This document shows positions 33,100-42,128 of a DNA stretch of 64,000 nucleotides, in pieces. The stretch is from an uncultured Acidobacteriota bacterium (GTDB lineage: Bacteria; Acidobacteriota; Thermoanaerobaculia; UBA5066; Gp7-AA6): assembly GCA_963811425.1 (NCBI GenBank), contig CAWERV010000018.1:195332-259331 (forward strand), read 5' to 3'. The translations under genes were made by a program, and so were the position numbers. The notes under the pieces are model-generated. The model did no database searches. It was not told the DNA's origin and saw nothing but the letters and a program-made list of their open reading frames with translations. The number at the start of each line of letters is the position of its first letter. Position 1 is the stretch's first letter.

Positions 33100-34497
33100 A
33101 TGGTGAAGGTGGCGACGTCCGTCCGATGGGCGATCGGGATGGTGTCCCTTCTCGTGGCCGTTTCGAGCGGCGAAGCGCAGACGAAGGTCGTGAAGGGGAC
33201 TCCGAGGAAGGCTGCCCCTGCGATCTCCGCCGAGAGCCGCCCGTGTGTCACTTGCCACGAGCAGAAGACGCCGGGGATCGTGGCGCAGTGGAGACACAGC
33301 GGGCACGCGCGCCAGGGCGTGGGATGCTGGGAGTGCCACAACGCTTCGGCGAAGGATCCGGGGGCGTTCGAGCACGAAGGCGCCGTGATTCTCACGGTGG
33401 TCACGCCAAATTCGTGCGCGTCCTGCCATGGCGACATCGTGGCGGAGAACTCGCGCAGCCACCACGCGGCGGCGGCGTCGTTCATCGGGTCGCTCGACAA
33501 CGTCCTCGGCGAGGTGGTCGAGGGGCGCCTCGCGGCGGTCAACGGCTGCTGGCAGTGCCACGGCTCGACGGTTGCGATCCTGAAGAATCCGGACGGCTCG
33601 ATTCGAACGAGCGCGATCGGCGCGCCGATGCTCGATCCGGCCACCTGGCCGAACACGGGGATCGGCCGGGTCAACCTCGATGGCTCGCTCGGCGCGTGCA
33701 CCGCCTGCCACAGCCGCCACGCTTTCTCGAAGGCGATGGCCCGCCAACCCGAGGTATGCGGCAAATGCCACCTCGGCCCCGATCACCCGCAGGCCGAGAT
33801 CTACGACGAGAGCAAGCACGGGATCGCCTACCGGACGCAGAAGTCGGAGATGAATCTCGACTCCGATCATTGGATCGTCGGCATGGACTACACCGCGGCG
33901 CCCACCTGCTCGACCTGTCACATGTCCGCCACGTCCGCCCAGGCGGTCACGCATGACGTCGGCGCACGGATCTCCTGGACACTTCGCCCAGTGATTTCGA
34001 AGAAGCTCGAGAACTGGGAGGCCAAGCGCACGGCCATGAAGGAGGTCTGCGGACACTGCCACGGAATGGCCTTCATCGACTCGTTCTACAAGTCCTATGA
34101 CGCGACGATCGATCTGTGGAACACGAAGTTCGGACAGCCGGCGACGGGCATCATGAATTCCCTGCGCGAGGCGGGAAAGCTCACGCCGACTCCTTTCGAC
34201 GAGGAGATCGAGTGGACGTACTACCGCCTCTGGCATCATGAGGGCAGGCGCGCGCGGATGGGGGCGTCGATGCAAGGGCCGGACTTCGTGCAGTGGCACG
34301 GCTTTTTCGAGGCGGCCGAAAACTTCTACATGAAGTTCCTGCCGCAGGCGAAGGAGGCGGCCAAGGGGGACCCGAAGGTGCTTGCCGCCATCCAGGCCGT
34401 CGAGGACGACCGCCCCAACCTGTGGCGCAAGGGCCTCTCGCCCGAGGAGCGCAAGAAGATCGACGAGTTCTACAAGGAGCGCTACGGAGAGCAGTAG
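33100..34497 (+). CDS. Octaheme c-type cytochrome, hydroxylamine-oxidoreductase (HAO)-family-like
   Basis: ATG at 33100 follows GGGAGGAA, then a signal peptide. There are eight CxxCH motifs (CVTCH, CWECH, CASCH, CWQCH, CTACH, CGKCH, CSTCH, CGHCH). The C-terminal WHHEG...GPD block resembles the HAO family. Confidence 0.75.
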   Translation: MVKVATSVRWAIGMVSLLVAVSSGEAQTKVVKGTPRKAAPAISAESRPCVTCHEQKTPGIVAQWRHSGHARQGVGCWECHNASAKDPGAFEHEGAVILTVVTPNSCASCHGDIVAENSRSHHAAAASFIGSLDNVLGEVVEGRLAAVNGCWQCHGSTVAILKNPDGSIRTSAIGAPMLDPATWPNTGIGRVNLDGSLGACTACHSRHAFSKAMARQPEVCGKCHLGPDHPQAEIYDESKHGIAYRTQKSEMNLDSDHWIVGMDYTAAPTCSTCHMSATSAQAVTHDVGARISWTLRPVISKKLENWEAKRTAMKEVCGHCHGMAFIDSFYKSYDATIDLWNTKFGQPATGIMNSLREAGKLTPTPFDEEIEWTYYRLWHHEGRRARMGASMQGPDFVQWHGFFEAAENFYMKFLPQAKEAAKGDPKVLAAIQAVEDDRPNLWRKGLSPEERKKIDEFYKERYGEQ

Positions 34498-34560
34498 CCC
34501 ACGGATTCCTCGGCCCACGACAGGTCACTCACGGAGTTCTGTCCCGCCGGCTCCGGAGCC

Positions 34561-34773
34561 TCAAAGTTTCGGTGCGGACTCCGGGACGCCCAGGCGCCGC
34601 AGGAACCACATCATCGGACAGGTGCCCGAAAAAGCGGACTGCAGCAAGTTCGCGCCGACGAACGCGGTGAAGAGAAAGAACGCCGGATGGACGAACCATC
34701 CGAGCGCCACCGACAGCAGGACGAATGCTCCCGCAATCCCGCGCAGCCATTCATTGATGGGTTTCCTGGTCAT
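34561..34773 (-). CDS. DUF2892 (YgaP-like) small membrane protein
   Basis: 70-aa product MTRKPINEWLRGIAGAFVLLS...GTCPMMWFLRRLG. Its ATG overlaps the RND stop (ATGA). Confidence 0.65.
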   Translation of the reverse strand: MTRKPINEWLRGIAGAFVLLSVALGWFVHPAFFLFTAFVGANLLQSAFSGTCPMMWFLRRLGVPESAPKL

Positions 34774-37700
34774 GCCAGACTCCTTTCGAGCTCGGACGAG
34801 GAAGCGCCGGCGCCGGCCGCCGACCGTTTCTCCTCCGAGCGTTTGAGCAGGTAATAGAGAACAGGGACGGCCGCCCGCGACAGGAGTGTCGCGGCAACCT
34901 CGCCCGCCATCATCGAGACGGCGAGCCCCTGGAAGATCGGGTCGAGCAGCATCACCGACGACCCGACCACCACGGCGGCCGCCGTCAGGAGCATCGGGCG
35001 GAATCGCACCTCGCCGGCATCGAGCACCGCCTCGGAGAGCCCCATCCCTTCCCGACGGCGCAGCTCGATGAAGTCGACGAGGATGATCGAGTTGCGCACG
35101 ATGATTCCGGCGCCGGCGATGAAGCCGATCATCGAGGTGGCCGTGAAGAAGACTCCGAAGAGCCCGTGCGCCGGAAGGATGCCGACGAGCGTGAGCGGGA
35201 TCGGCGCCATGATGACGAGCGGAACCGTGAAGCTTCGGAACCAGCCGACAACGAGAACGTAAATCAGCACGAGCACGGCGGCGAAAGCGAGCCCGAGGTC
35301 CCGAAACACCTCGTAAGTCACGTACCACTCGCCGTCCCACTTCAGGCCGTAGCGCGCGGTGTCGAACGGCGCCGTCGCCGTACGAGTTGCGATGCGGTAC
35401 CCACCCGGCAAAGCGATCTTCGCGATGCCTTTCTCGAGGGCTGCGATCGCGTACACGGGGGCTTCCTTCCTCCCGCCAACGTCCGCAGTGACATAGACGA
35501 CTGGCTTGAGGTTCTTGTGGTAGATCGATGTCTCCTGCGGCTCCAGTTCGAAGCGGCCGATCTCGGAGAGCGGCACGAGCCGGCCGCCCGCGCCGGGCAA
35601 AGTGAGCCCCGACAAGGCCGTGAAGTCGTGACGCCGCTCCGGCCCGAGCTCGACGACGAGCGGGATCCGCTCGCGGATGTCCGGCAGCTGGATCTCTCCG
35701 GCCGTATCGCGCCCGAGCGCGAGCCGCAGGGTCGCGGCCACGTCCGCCTCGCGGATCCCGGAGAGCCCGGCCTTCTCGCGGTCGAGCCGAAAAACCGCCT
35801 TGTCGCGAGGGCTCTCGACGTACCAGTCGACGTCCACCACGCCCTCGGTGCGGGAGAAGACGTCGCGCACTTTCCGCGCAACCTCGCGCCGGCCGGCGTC
35901 GTCCGGGCCATAGATCTCCGCCACGAGCGTCTCGAGCACCGGTGGCCCCGGCGGCACTTCGGCCACCTTGACGCGCGCGTCGTAGCGCCGGGCCACCGTG
36001 TCGACGATCGGCCGGGCCGCCCGGGCGATGGCGTGGGAGGAGCGATGCCGCTTGCCGCGGGGAGCGAGCGAGACCTGCACGTCGCCCTGGTGCGAACCGG
36101 ACCTCAGGAAGTAGTGACGCACGAGCCCGTTGAAGTTGTAGGGGGCGGCGGTGCCGGCGTAGACCTCGGTGCCGACCACCTCGGGGAGCTGCGACAGCGC
36201 ACTCGCCATCTCGGACAGAGCCCGGTGCGTCGTCTCGAGAGTCGTCCCTTCCTTAAAGTCAACGACGACCTGGAACTCGTTCTTGTTGTCGAACGGCAGC
36301 ATCTTGACGATCACGACACCGAGCGGGAGGAGCGCCATCGCAGCAGCGAGGAGAGCCCCGATGCCCGCAAAGAAGAGGATCCGCGCTCGGCCACCGCCCT
36401 CCGTCACGAGCGGGGTCATTGCCCTCCGGTAAAGCGCGCCGAGCTTGCCGCTCCCGGCCTTGCCGTGCGCGAGCTTTTCCGCGGGCACGCCGCGGAAGAG
36501 CCGGCGTGTCGCCCAGGGAGAGACGGCAAACGCGATGATCAGGGAGAAGAGCATCGCCGCGGAGGCCCCGACGGGGATCGGCCGCATGTAGGGGCCCATC
36601 AGGCCTCCGACGAACCCCATCGGCACGATCGCCGCGATGACAGCAAAGGTCGCCAGGATCGTCGGGTTGCCCACTTCGTCGGTCGCCTCGATCGCGACCC
36701 GGGCGAGTGTGCGGCCCCGCGCGGATGGAAGTCGCAGGTGCCGAACGATGTTCTCGACGACGACGATCGCGTCGTCCACGAGGATCCCGATCGAGAAGAT
36801 CAGCGCGAAGAGCGTGATGCGGTTGAGCGTGTATCCGAGAATCGAGAACACAAAGAGCGTGAGAGCGAGCGTGACGGGCACGGCGAGCAGCACGACGCCG
36901 GCCTCGCGGCGCCCGAGGACGACCGCCATGAGCAGCGCCACCGATAGCGTGGCAATTCCCATGTGCTTCAAGAGCTCGTTGGACTTCTCCGAGGCGGTCT
37001 CCCCGTAGTCGCGCGTCACCGTCGTTCGGACGCCCGACGCAATTAGACGCGGGCGCAGGTGCTCGAGCTTGCGCTCGATCGCGTGAACGACCGTGATCGC
37101 GTTGGCGCCGCGCCGCTTGCTCACCGAAAGCGTCACCGCGGGCAACTGCCCCGCCGTGCCAGGCTGCCCATGTGTCACGTAGGACGACGGTTCTTCGGGT
37201 CCATCGACGACGCGGGCCACGTCGTCGAGGCGAACGGAGCGCCCGCCAGTTTCGGCGACGACGACAGCTCCGAGCTCCTCGGCGCTCCTCACGAAACCGC
37301 CGGCCTCGACGTTGATCTCGCGGTCGCCTGCAACCAGAGCGCCGACGACGGTGCGCCGGCTCGCGGCCTCGAGCGCGCTGAGGACCGCGGTCCCGGAAAG
37401 CCCCCGGGCGGATAGGCGCGCCGGGTCGAGCTCCACGCGGAACTCGCGACGCAGGCCGCCGATGAGCGCCGTATCCGAGACCTCCGGGATCGTCTTGATC
37501 TCATTCTCCACTTCGGCCGCGATCTGCCGCAGCGTCGCGGAGTCCTGCGTTCCGCTCCAGAATGTCATCGCCCAGACAGGCACGTCGTCGATCGAGCGGG
37601 CCTTGATGAGCGGCGGAGCCAGATCGTGAGGCCACTCGCCCGCAAGGGCGTCGAGCTTGCCCCGAACGCGAACTAGCGCGCGATCGGGGTCCTCCCCCAC

Positions 37701-38043
37701 GCGAAAGCGCACGACCAGCATCGCGCGCCCCGGCGAAGAGGTCGAGTACACGTATTCGACCCCAGGGAATCGACCAGAACACCTTCTCGAGGGGACCGAC
37801 GGCCTCACGCTCGACCTCGACCGAGCTGCGGCCCGGCACCGACGCAAACACGTCGATCATCGGAACCTTGATCTGCGGTTCCTCCTCGCGTGGCGTAATG
37901 ACGACGGCGAGTGCACCGAGCGCCAGGGCGAAGAGAACGAAGAGCGGCGTCAGCTTCGAGTCGATGAAGGCTGCGGCCAGACGGCCGGCGACACCGAAGC
38001 GTCGCGGCTCGGGACCCGGGGGACCCGGCAAGTCGGAGCTCAT
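34770..38043 (-). CDS. RND efflux permease (AcrB/CzcA superfamily); one apparent 1-nt insertion near 37764
   Basis: ORF 34770..37847 (1025 aa, 12-TM RND architecture) lacks its N-terminus. That part is encoded from ATG 38043 in ORF 37501..38202 (MSSDLPG...FIDSKLTPLFVLFALALG). Removing one base at about 37764 restores ...FWSIPGVEYVYSTS.... Confidence 0.8.
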
Positions 38044-39089
38044 GGTGTAACCCGCGTACCGGCGTCGAGATCTGCCGGAGGATCGAGGACCACACGCTCC
38101 CCTGCCTCGAGGCCGGATCGAATCTCCACCAGGCCGCCCTTCGCGTGCGCGCCCGTCCGAACGTACCGCAACGCGACGGCGCCACCCGACTCCACCGCCC
38201 ACGCCAGCTCGAGTCCGCCGCGCGCAACGATGGCGCGCTGCGGCGCGAGCAGCCGCATCTCTTTCGGCCCAGCCAGATGCAGGCGCACGAAGGTCCCGAC
38301 CGCCGGCTCGACGCCGGGCGGAAGGTCCACCCGCACCGTGCGGCGCCGCGTAGCCGGATCGATCGCGCCGGCGATTTCGGCGACGCGCCCTGCGTGCGTC
38401 TGGCCATCGACCTCGACGGCCACTTCCTCGCCGATCGCGAGCCGCGCGGCCTCCTGCTCTCCCGGCGCCGCCTCGACGCGCCGGCCCCCGACCGAGGCCA
38501 GCCGCACCAAGGGGCGCCCGGGGATCGCGAGGTCCCCGGGCGAGACGAGCCTCTCGACGACCACGGCGTCGAACGGAGCGACCAGGACGGCCTGCGCGCG
38601 ATCGGTCTCCACGCGTCGCAGCGCGGCCTGCGCCCCGGCGCTTTCGGCGGAGGCCAGCGCCTCGTCCTGGCGCGCTCGGTCGAGCTCGAAGGTGGCAGCG
38701 GCGCCCTTGCCCTCGAGCCGTTCAAATCGCGAGCGATTCTTGCGGGCGAGCGCGAGCGCCGAGTCTGCCGCGGCGACTGCGGCCCGTGCTCCTTCGACCG
38801 CGCCGTCTGCCTCGCGCTGTTCGAGGCGGACGAGGACCTCTCCGGCACGCACCGTCCGGCCGGGCACGGCGCGGACCTCGACCACCGGCGCCGCCAGGCG
38901 GCTCGCGAGCGTGGACTCTGAGCGCCCGACCACCGTGCCGTCGACCTCGACCTCGCTCGCTTCTTGCCGCTGCTCGACCACGGCGGTCGAGAGCGCGCGA
39001 GCGCCAGATGCGGTCGGAGCTTCCGCCTTCCGGGCGCAGCCGCCCGCGGCAAGAGCGACCACTGTCAGGATTCCCAGGATGCGTCTCAA
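38040..39089 (-). CDS. RND periplasmic adaptor (membrane fusion protein), lipoprotein
   Basis: A TTG at 39089 overlapping the tolC stop (TTGA) gives LRRILGILTVVALAAGGC (lipobox). Coiled-coil and beta-barrel MFP character. Its stop overlaps the RND ATG. Confidence 0.75.
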   Translation of the reverse strand: MRRILGILTVVALAAGGCARKAEAPTASGARALSTAVVEQRQEASEVEVDGTVVGRSESTLASRLAAPVVEVRAVPGRTVRAGEVLVRLEQREADGAVEGARAAVAAADSALALARKNRSRFERLEGKGAAATFELDRARQDEALASAESAGAQAALRRVETDRAQAVLVAPFDAVVVERLVSPGDLAIPGRPLVRLASVGGRRVEAAPGEQEAARLAIGEEVAVEVDGQTHAGRVAEIAGAIDPATRRRTVRVDLPPGVEPAVGTFVRLHLAGPKEMRLLAPQRAIVARGGLELAWAVESGGAVALRYVRTGAHAKGGLVEIRSGLEAGERVVLDPPADLDAGTRVTP

Positions 39090-40375
39090 CCCTCGTCTCC
39101 CTCCGGCGGCAGGCCGAGCGCCAGCCGTAGATTCGCGCTGGCGATGATCCCGTCGGCGCCGGCCGCTGCGGCGCCCATCTGGGCCCGCAGCTCCGCCGCG
39201 CGCGCCTCGAGCAGATCGGACAATTTCGCAACCCCTTCCGCGTAGCGCGCCTGCTGGATCTCGCGGGCCTGCCGCGCCGCAGCCTCGGCCTCTTCGAAGG
39301 CTCTCTGTCGCGCGGCCGCGGCCACCAGCTCCGCGCGGGCACGCGTCACTTCGCTCGCCGCGGACCGACGCTCTCCGCGCGCGGCGGCCTCGGCTGAGCG
39401 AGCCGCGGCCCGCGCCTCGGCGACGCGGGCATCGATGCCACCCGAGGCGAAGATGGGGACGCGGAAGCCCGCGAAAACCGTCGCGGAAGTGCCATACCGG
39501 CCGCCCGGCGTCGGCGCGTGCAGCTCGTACAGTCCCGAAAGAACGAGTGTCGGCCAACGGGAGGCAGCCGCCGCGCGCTCCGACTCCTGCGCCGCCGAAG
39601 CGGCGAGCGTCGCTGCCGCGACGTCGGCCCGCTCGGAGGACGCCTCCGGCGGAGAGGGAGGCGTCGGCGGCAACTGTGCGAGCGGACGAGCCGCGGCCGC
39701 CGCTCCGATGAGGGCACCGAGAGCCGCCCGCGAAACTTCGAGGGCGGCCTGCTGCCCAGCGCGCTCGGCTCGCACCTCCGCCAGCGCCGCCCGTGCGCGT
39801 GCCGGGTCGGCGGCCGTCGTCAGACCTTCCTCGGCCAGAGCCGCGGCAATGGCGACGTCCTCCTCGGCGTCGGCCTCCCGCTGGCGCAGGATTTCGAGCG
39901 CATCCTCGGCTCGCCTCGCCTCCGAAAAGGCGGCGATGGCCTGAAACACGGCCATGTCCCGAGCCCGCTGCGAGGCGAGGTCTGCCGCCCCGGCCGCATC
40001 GACAGACGCCCGCGCAGCGGCCCGCGTGGCGCCAAAGAGATCGACCGTCCAGGCCGCGGCGAGCGAACCGCTCCAGTCCCTCGTAAAGGAGGGCTGGTTC
40101 GGATCCGAGGCAAAGAACTCCTCCGCCGAAAACCGCTTCTGCTCGAGTGCCAGAGAGAAGGCCGTCACGGGATTGTCCGAGGAGAGGAAGCCGGCATTGA
40201 CGAAAAGCGAGGGACCGAGCAGAGACCGCGCCCCGGCCTGCCGGGCCCGCGCGCCTTGGCTGTCGGCGCGCGCCCGTTCGACGGCGGGTGCACCCGCTGC
40301 GGCGAGCGCAGCCGCCTCCCGGAGCGTCAGCGGCTCCGAAACGGTCGCGACGGCGAAGAGAAGGCCAAGCAGCAC
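39086..40375 (-). CDS. TolC-family outer-membrane efflux protein
   Basis: Intact 429-aa ORF with GTG start at 40375. Two-repeat Ala-rich coiled-coil composition typical of outer membrane factors. Confidence 0.75.
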   Translation of the reverse strand: MLLGLLFAVATVSEPLTLREAAALAAAGAPAVERARADSQGARARQAGARSLLGPSLFVNAGFLSSDNPVTAFSLALEQKRFSAEEFFASDPNQPSFTRDWSGSLAAAWTVDLFGATRAAARASVDAAGAADLASQRARDMAVFQAIAAFSEARRAEDALEILRQREADAEEDVAIAAALAEEGLTTAADPARARAALAEVRAERAGQQAALEVSRAALGALIGAAAAARPLAQLPPTPPSPPEASSERADVAAATLAASAAQESERAAAASRWPTLVLSGLYELHAPTPGGRYGTSATVFAGFRVPIFASGGIDARVAEARAAARSAEAAARGERRSAASEVTRARAELVAAAARQRAFEEAEAAARQAREIQQARYAEGVAKLSDLLEARAAELRAQMGAAAAGADGIIASANLRLALGLPPEGDEG

Positions 40376-40381
40376 GGCGAG

Positions 40382-40415
40382 CTTGACTATATGAGTATAT
40401 AGCTATATAGTCAAG
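40382..40415. promoter_or_regulatory. Palindromic operator carrying two overlapping mirror-image promoters (tolC operon and arsR)
   Basis: CTTGACTATAT-n12-ATATAGTCAAG has perfect 11-bp arms. Read on either strand it gives TTGACT-n17-TATAGT. It is an AT-rich island lying 7 nt from the tolC GTG (40375) and 5 nt from the arsR GTG (40420). Confidence 0.65.
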
Positions 40416-40419
40416 TACT

Positions 40420-40824
40420 GTGAATTCCTCAGTTTTCGGCTACCCTCTACCCGTGGCGACCCTCAGCCCGCTCTCAGAGCGTGCCCGCGAGCGCATCGCC
40501 GAGCGCTTTCGTGCTCTGGGCGAGCCGATGCGCCTCAAGATCCTCGAGCGCCTCTTTCGCTCGCCCGCATCGGTCGGAGACATACTGGGTTCCGTTGGCG
40601 GCACACAGGCCAACGTCAGCAAGCACCTCGCCCTACTCCACGCGGGCGGCCTCGTCCGGCGGCGGCGCGAAGGTCTCAAGACTGTCTATTCGATCGCCGA
40701 CCCCACTCTCGAGCGCATTTGCGCGATCGTCTGTGACGCGGTAGCGCGTGACGCACGTGAGGAGGCTGAGGCCACGGCTCCTGCCACCGTCCAGTCCCGC
40801 TCCGCGCGCCGCAAGCACCGGTAG
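40420..40824 (+). CDS. ArsR/SmtB-family transcriptional regulator
   Basis: The FRALGEPMRLKILERL...VGDILGSVGGTQANVSKHLALLHAGGLV winged-HTH signature. The start may instead be the GTG at 40453. Confidence 0.8.
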   Translation: MNSSVFGYPLPVATLSPLSERARERIAERFRALGEPMRLKILERLFRSPASVGDILGSVGGTQANVSKHLALLHAGGLVRRRREGLKTVYSIADPTLERICAIVCDAVARDAREEAEATAPATVQSRSARRKHR

Positions 40825-40878
40825 CGTCGAGCGGATGGAGCAATTGCAGTGGTATGGTCTTCCGAAGACGGAGGGGGT

Positions 40879-41241
40879 ATGAAGACTCGCCGCGCGCTGC
40901 TCTTCGCCGCTCTGATCTCGTTCACGATAGCGTCTGCCTTGGCACTTCCAGAGAAGACCGCGGTGCTGGAGGTAACCTTCTACTACCTGCCCGGCTGACC
41001 GATTTGCGCAAAGATCAAGCCCGCCGTGAGCGGGTTGGAGCAGGAGTACAAGGGCAGGGTCCGGGGCCAGAACCTGGACGCGACAACTGCCGAGAACAAG
41101 AAGATCGTTCAGTCGCTCGGCTTCGAGGACCACGGCCTCGTCATTCGTTCCGCTGACGGCAGGGTTCTCTGGAAGCAGCCCGACCACCAGGTGAAGATCG
41201 AGGACGTGCGCGGGGAGCTCGAGAAGCTACTTTCGAAATAG
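40879..41241 (+). CDS. Secreted thioredoxin-fold selenoprotein candidate (paralog of 17962..18321); in-frame UGA at 40996-40998
   Basis: ATG at 40879 follows GGAGGGGG, then a signal peptide. Reading through TGA 40996 joins in frame to ORF 41026..41241: ...LEVTFYYLPG-U-PICAKIKPAVSGLEQEYKG.... Confidence 0.75.
41018..41036 (+). promoter_or_regulatory. Putative bacterial SECIS hairpin (second copy)
   Basis: Same AGCCCGC-CGUGA-GCGGGUU hairpin at the same distance from the UGA as at 18098. Confidence 0.55.
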
Positions 41242-41250
41242 CCGCAGCTG

Positions 41251-41868
41251 ATGGATGACAGGAAGCACTGGGACGCTGTTTACACGACGAAGGGTCCGGA
41301 GAACCTAAGCTGGTTCCGGCCTCACCTCGAGCGGTCACTCGCGTTCCTCGATGCCGCGAAACTCCCAAAGACCGCCGCCGTAATCGATGTCGGCGGTGGT
41401 GCGTCGACCCTGGTCGACGACCTCCTGGACCGCGGGTACTCGAACATCACCGTGTTGGACCTGTCCAACGCAGCCCTGGAAGCGGCACGGGCCCGCCTCG
41501 GCAAGCGCGCGGAACGAGTCCATTGGATCTGCGCCGACATCACGGACGCTACACTGCCCCACAGCGCTTACGACTTCTGGCACGACCGCGCCGTGTTTCA
41601 CTTTCTCCGCGATTCCGCAGCGCGCTCTCGATACGTTGAGGCTGTTCGAAGATCACTCAAGCCAGGGGGGCACATCGTTGTCGCCACATTCGGGCCGCAT
41701 GGCCCGGAAAAGTGCAGCGGCCTAGAGGTCTTGCACTTCTCTCCCGAGGCGCTTCACGACGAGTTCGGACCTGAGTTTGCACGGCTCGCGAGCACGACGG
41801 AGATACACACCACGCCGTGGGGCGCCGAGCAGGAGTTCGTCTACTGCTATTGCCGAATGCCTTACTGA
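41251..41868 (+). CDS. Class I SAM-dependent methyltransferase
   Basis: Intact 205-aa ORF with SAM-binding motif I VIDVGGGAS and post-I acidic residue (VLDLS). Substrate not inferable. Confidence 0.75.
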   Translation: MDDRKHWDAVYTTKGPENLSWFRPHLERSLAFLDAAKLPKTAAVIDVGGGASTLVDDLLDRGYSNITVLDLSNAALEAARARLGKRAERVHWICADITDATLPHSAYDFWHDRAVFHFLRDSAARSRYVEAVRRSLKPGGHIVVATFGPHGPEKCSGLEVLHFSPEALHDEFGPEFARLASTTEIHTTPWGAEQEFVYCYCRMPY

Positions 41869-41908
41869 AGAGACGAAGACCGGAGATTGGCTGCAGGCGA
41901 CCGGCAGG

Positions 41909-42000
41909 ATGAGTGGTGAGCCGTGCAGGACTCGAACCTACGAGAAGTTCACAACGGATCAACGAGTTGGAGCCGCGTGTTCGAGTCCTGTGTCCGAGTC
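41909..42000 (+). repeat. Array repeat copy R1
   Basis: atgagtggtgagccgtgcaggactcgaacctacgagaagttcacaacggatcaacgagttggagccgcgtgttcgagtcctgtgtccgagtc. Confidence 0.9.
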
Positions 42001-42128
42001 GGAAAAGCCCGACGCGCCAAGCGCTTTTCTCAGGGTCGGTCCGCGGCTCAGGCGGCCCAATGCTGAGGTAGCATTCCGCCCACCGCAGCGCAGACCATGG
42101 ACATTTTGAGAGTTGAAAGGAAGGTGTC

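Noticed and set aside
37750-37780. Programmed ribosomal frameshifting in the RND pump, the CocE hydrolase (about 25342) or DUF2252 (about 53362)
   Set aside because: There is no slippery heptamer or downstream structure at the sites. These protein families are not known to use recoding. Simple 1-nt indels explain the breaks.
41866-41868. The methyltransferase terminal TGA as a second Sec codon
   Set aside because: No extended downstream frame with coding character, no hairpin, and the array repeat starts 40 nt later. It is an ordinary stop.
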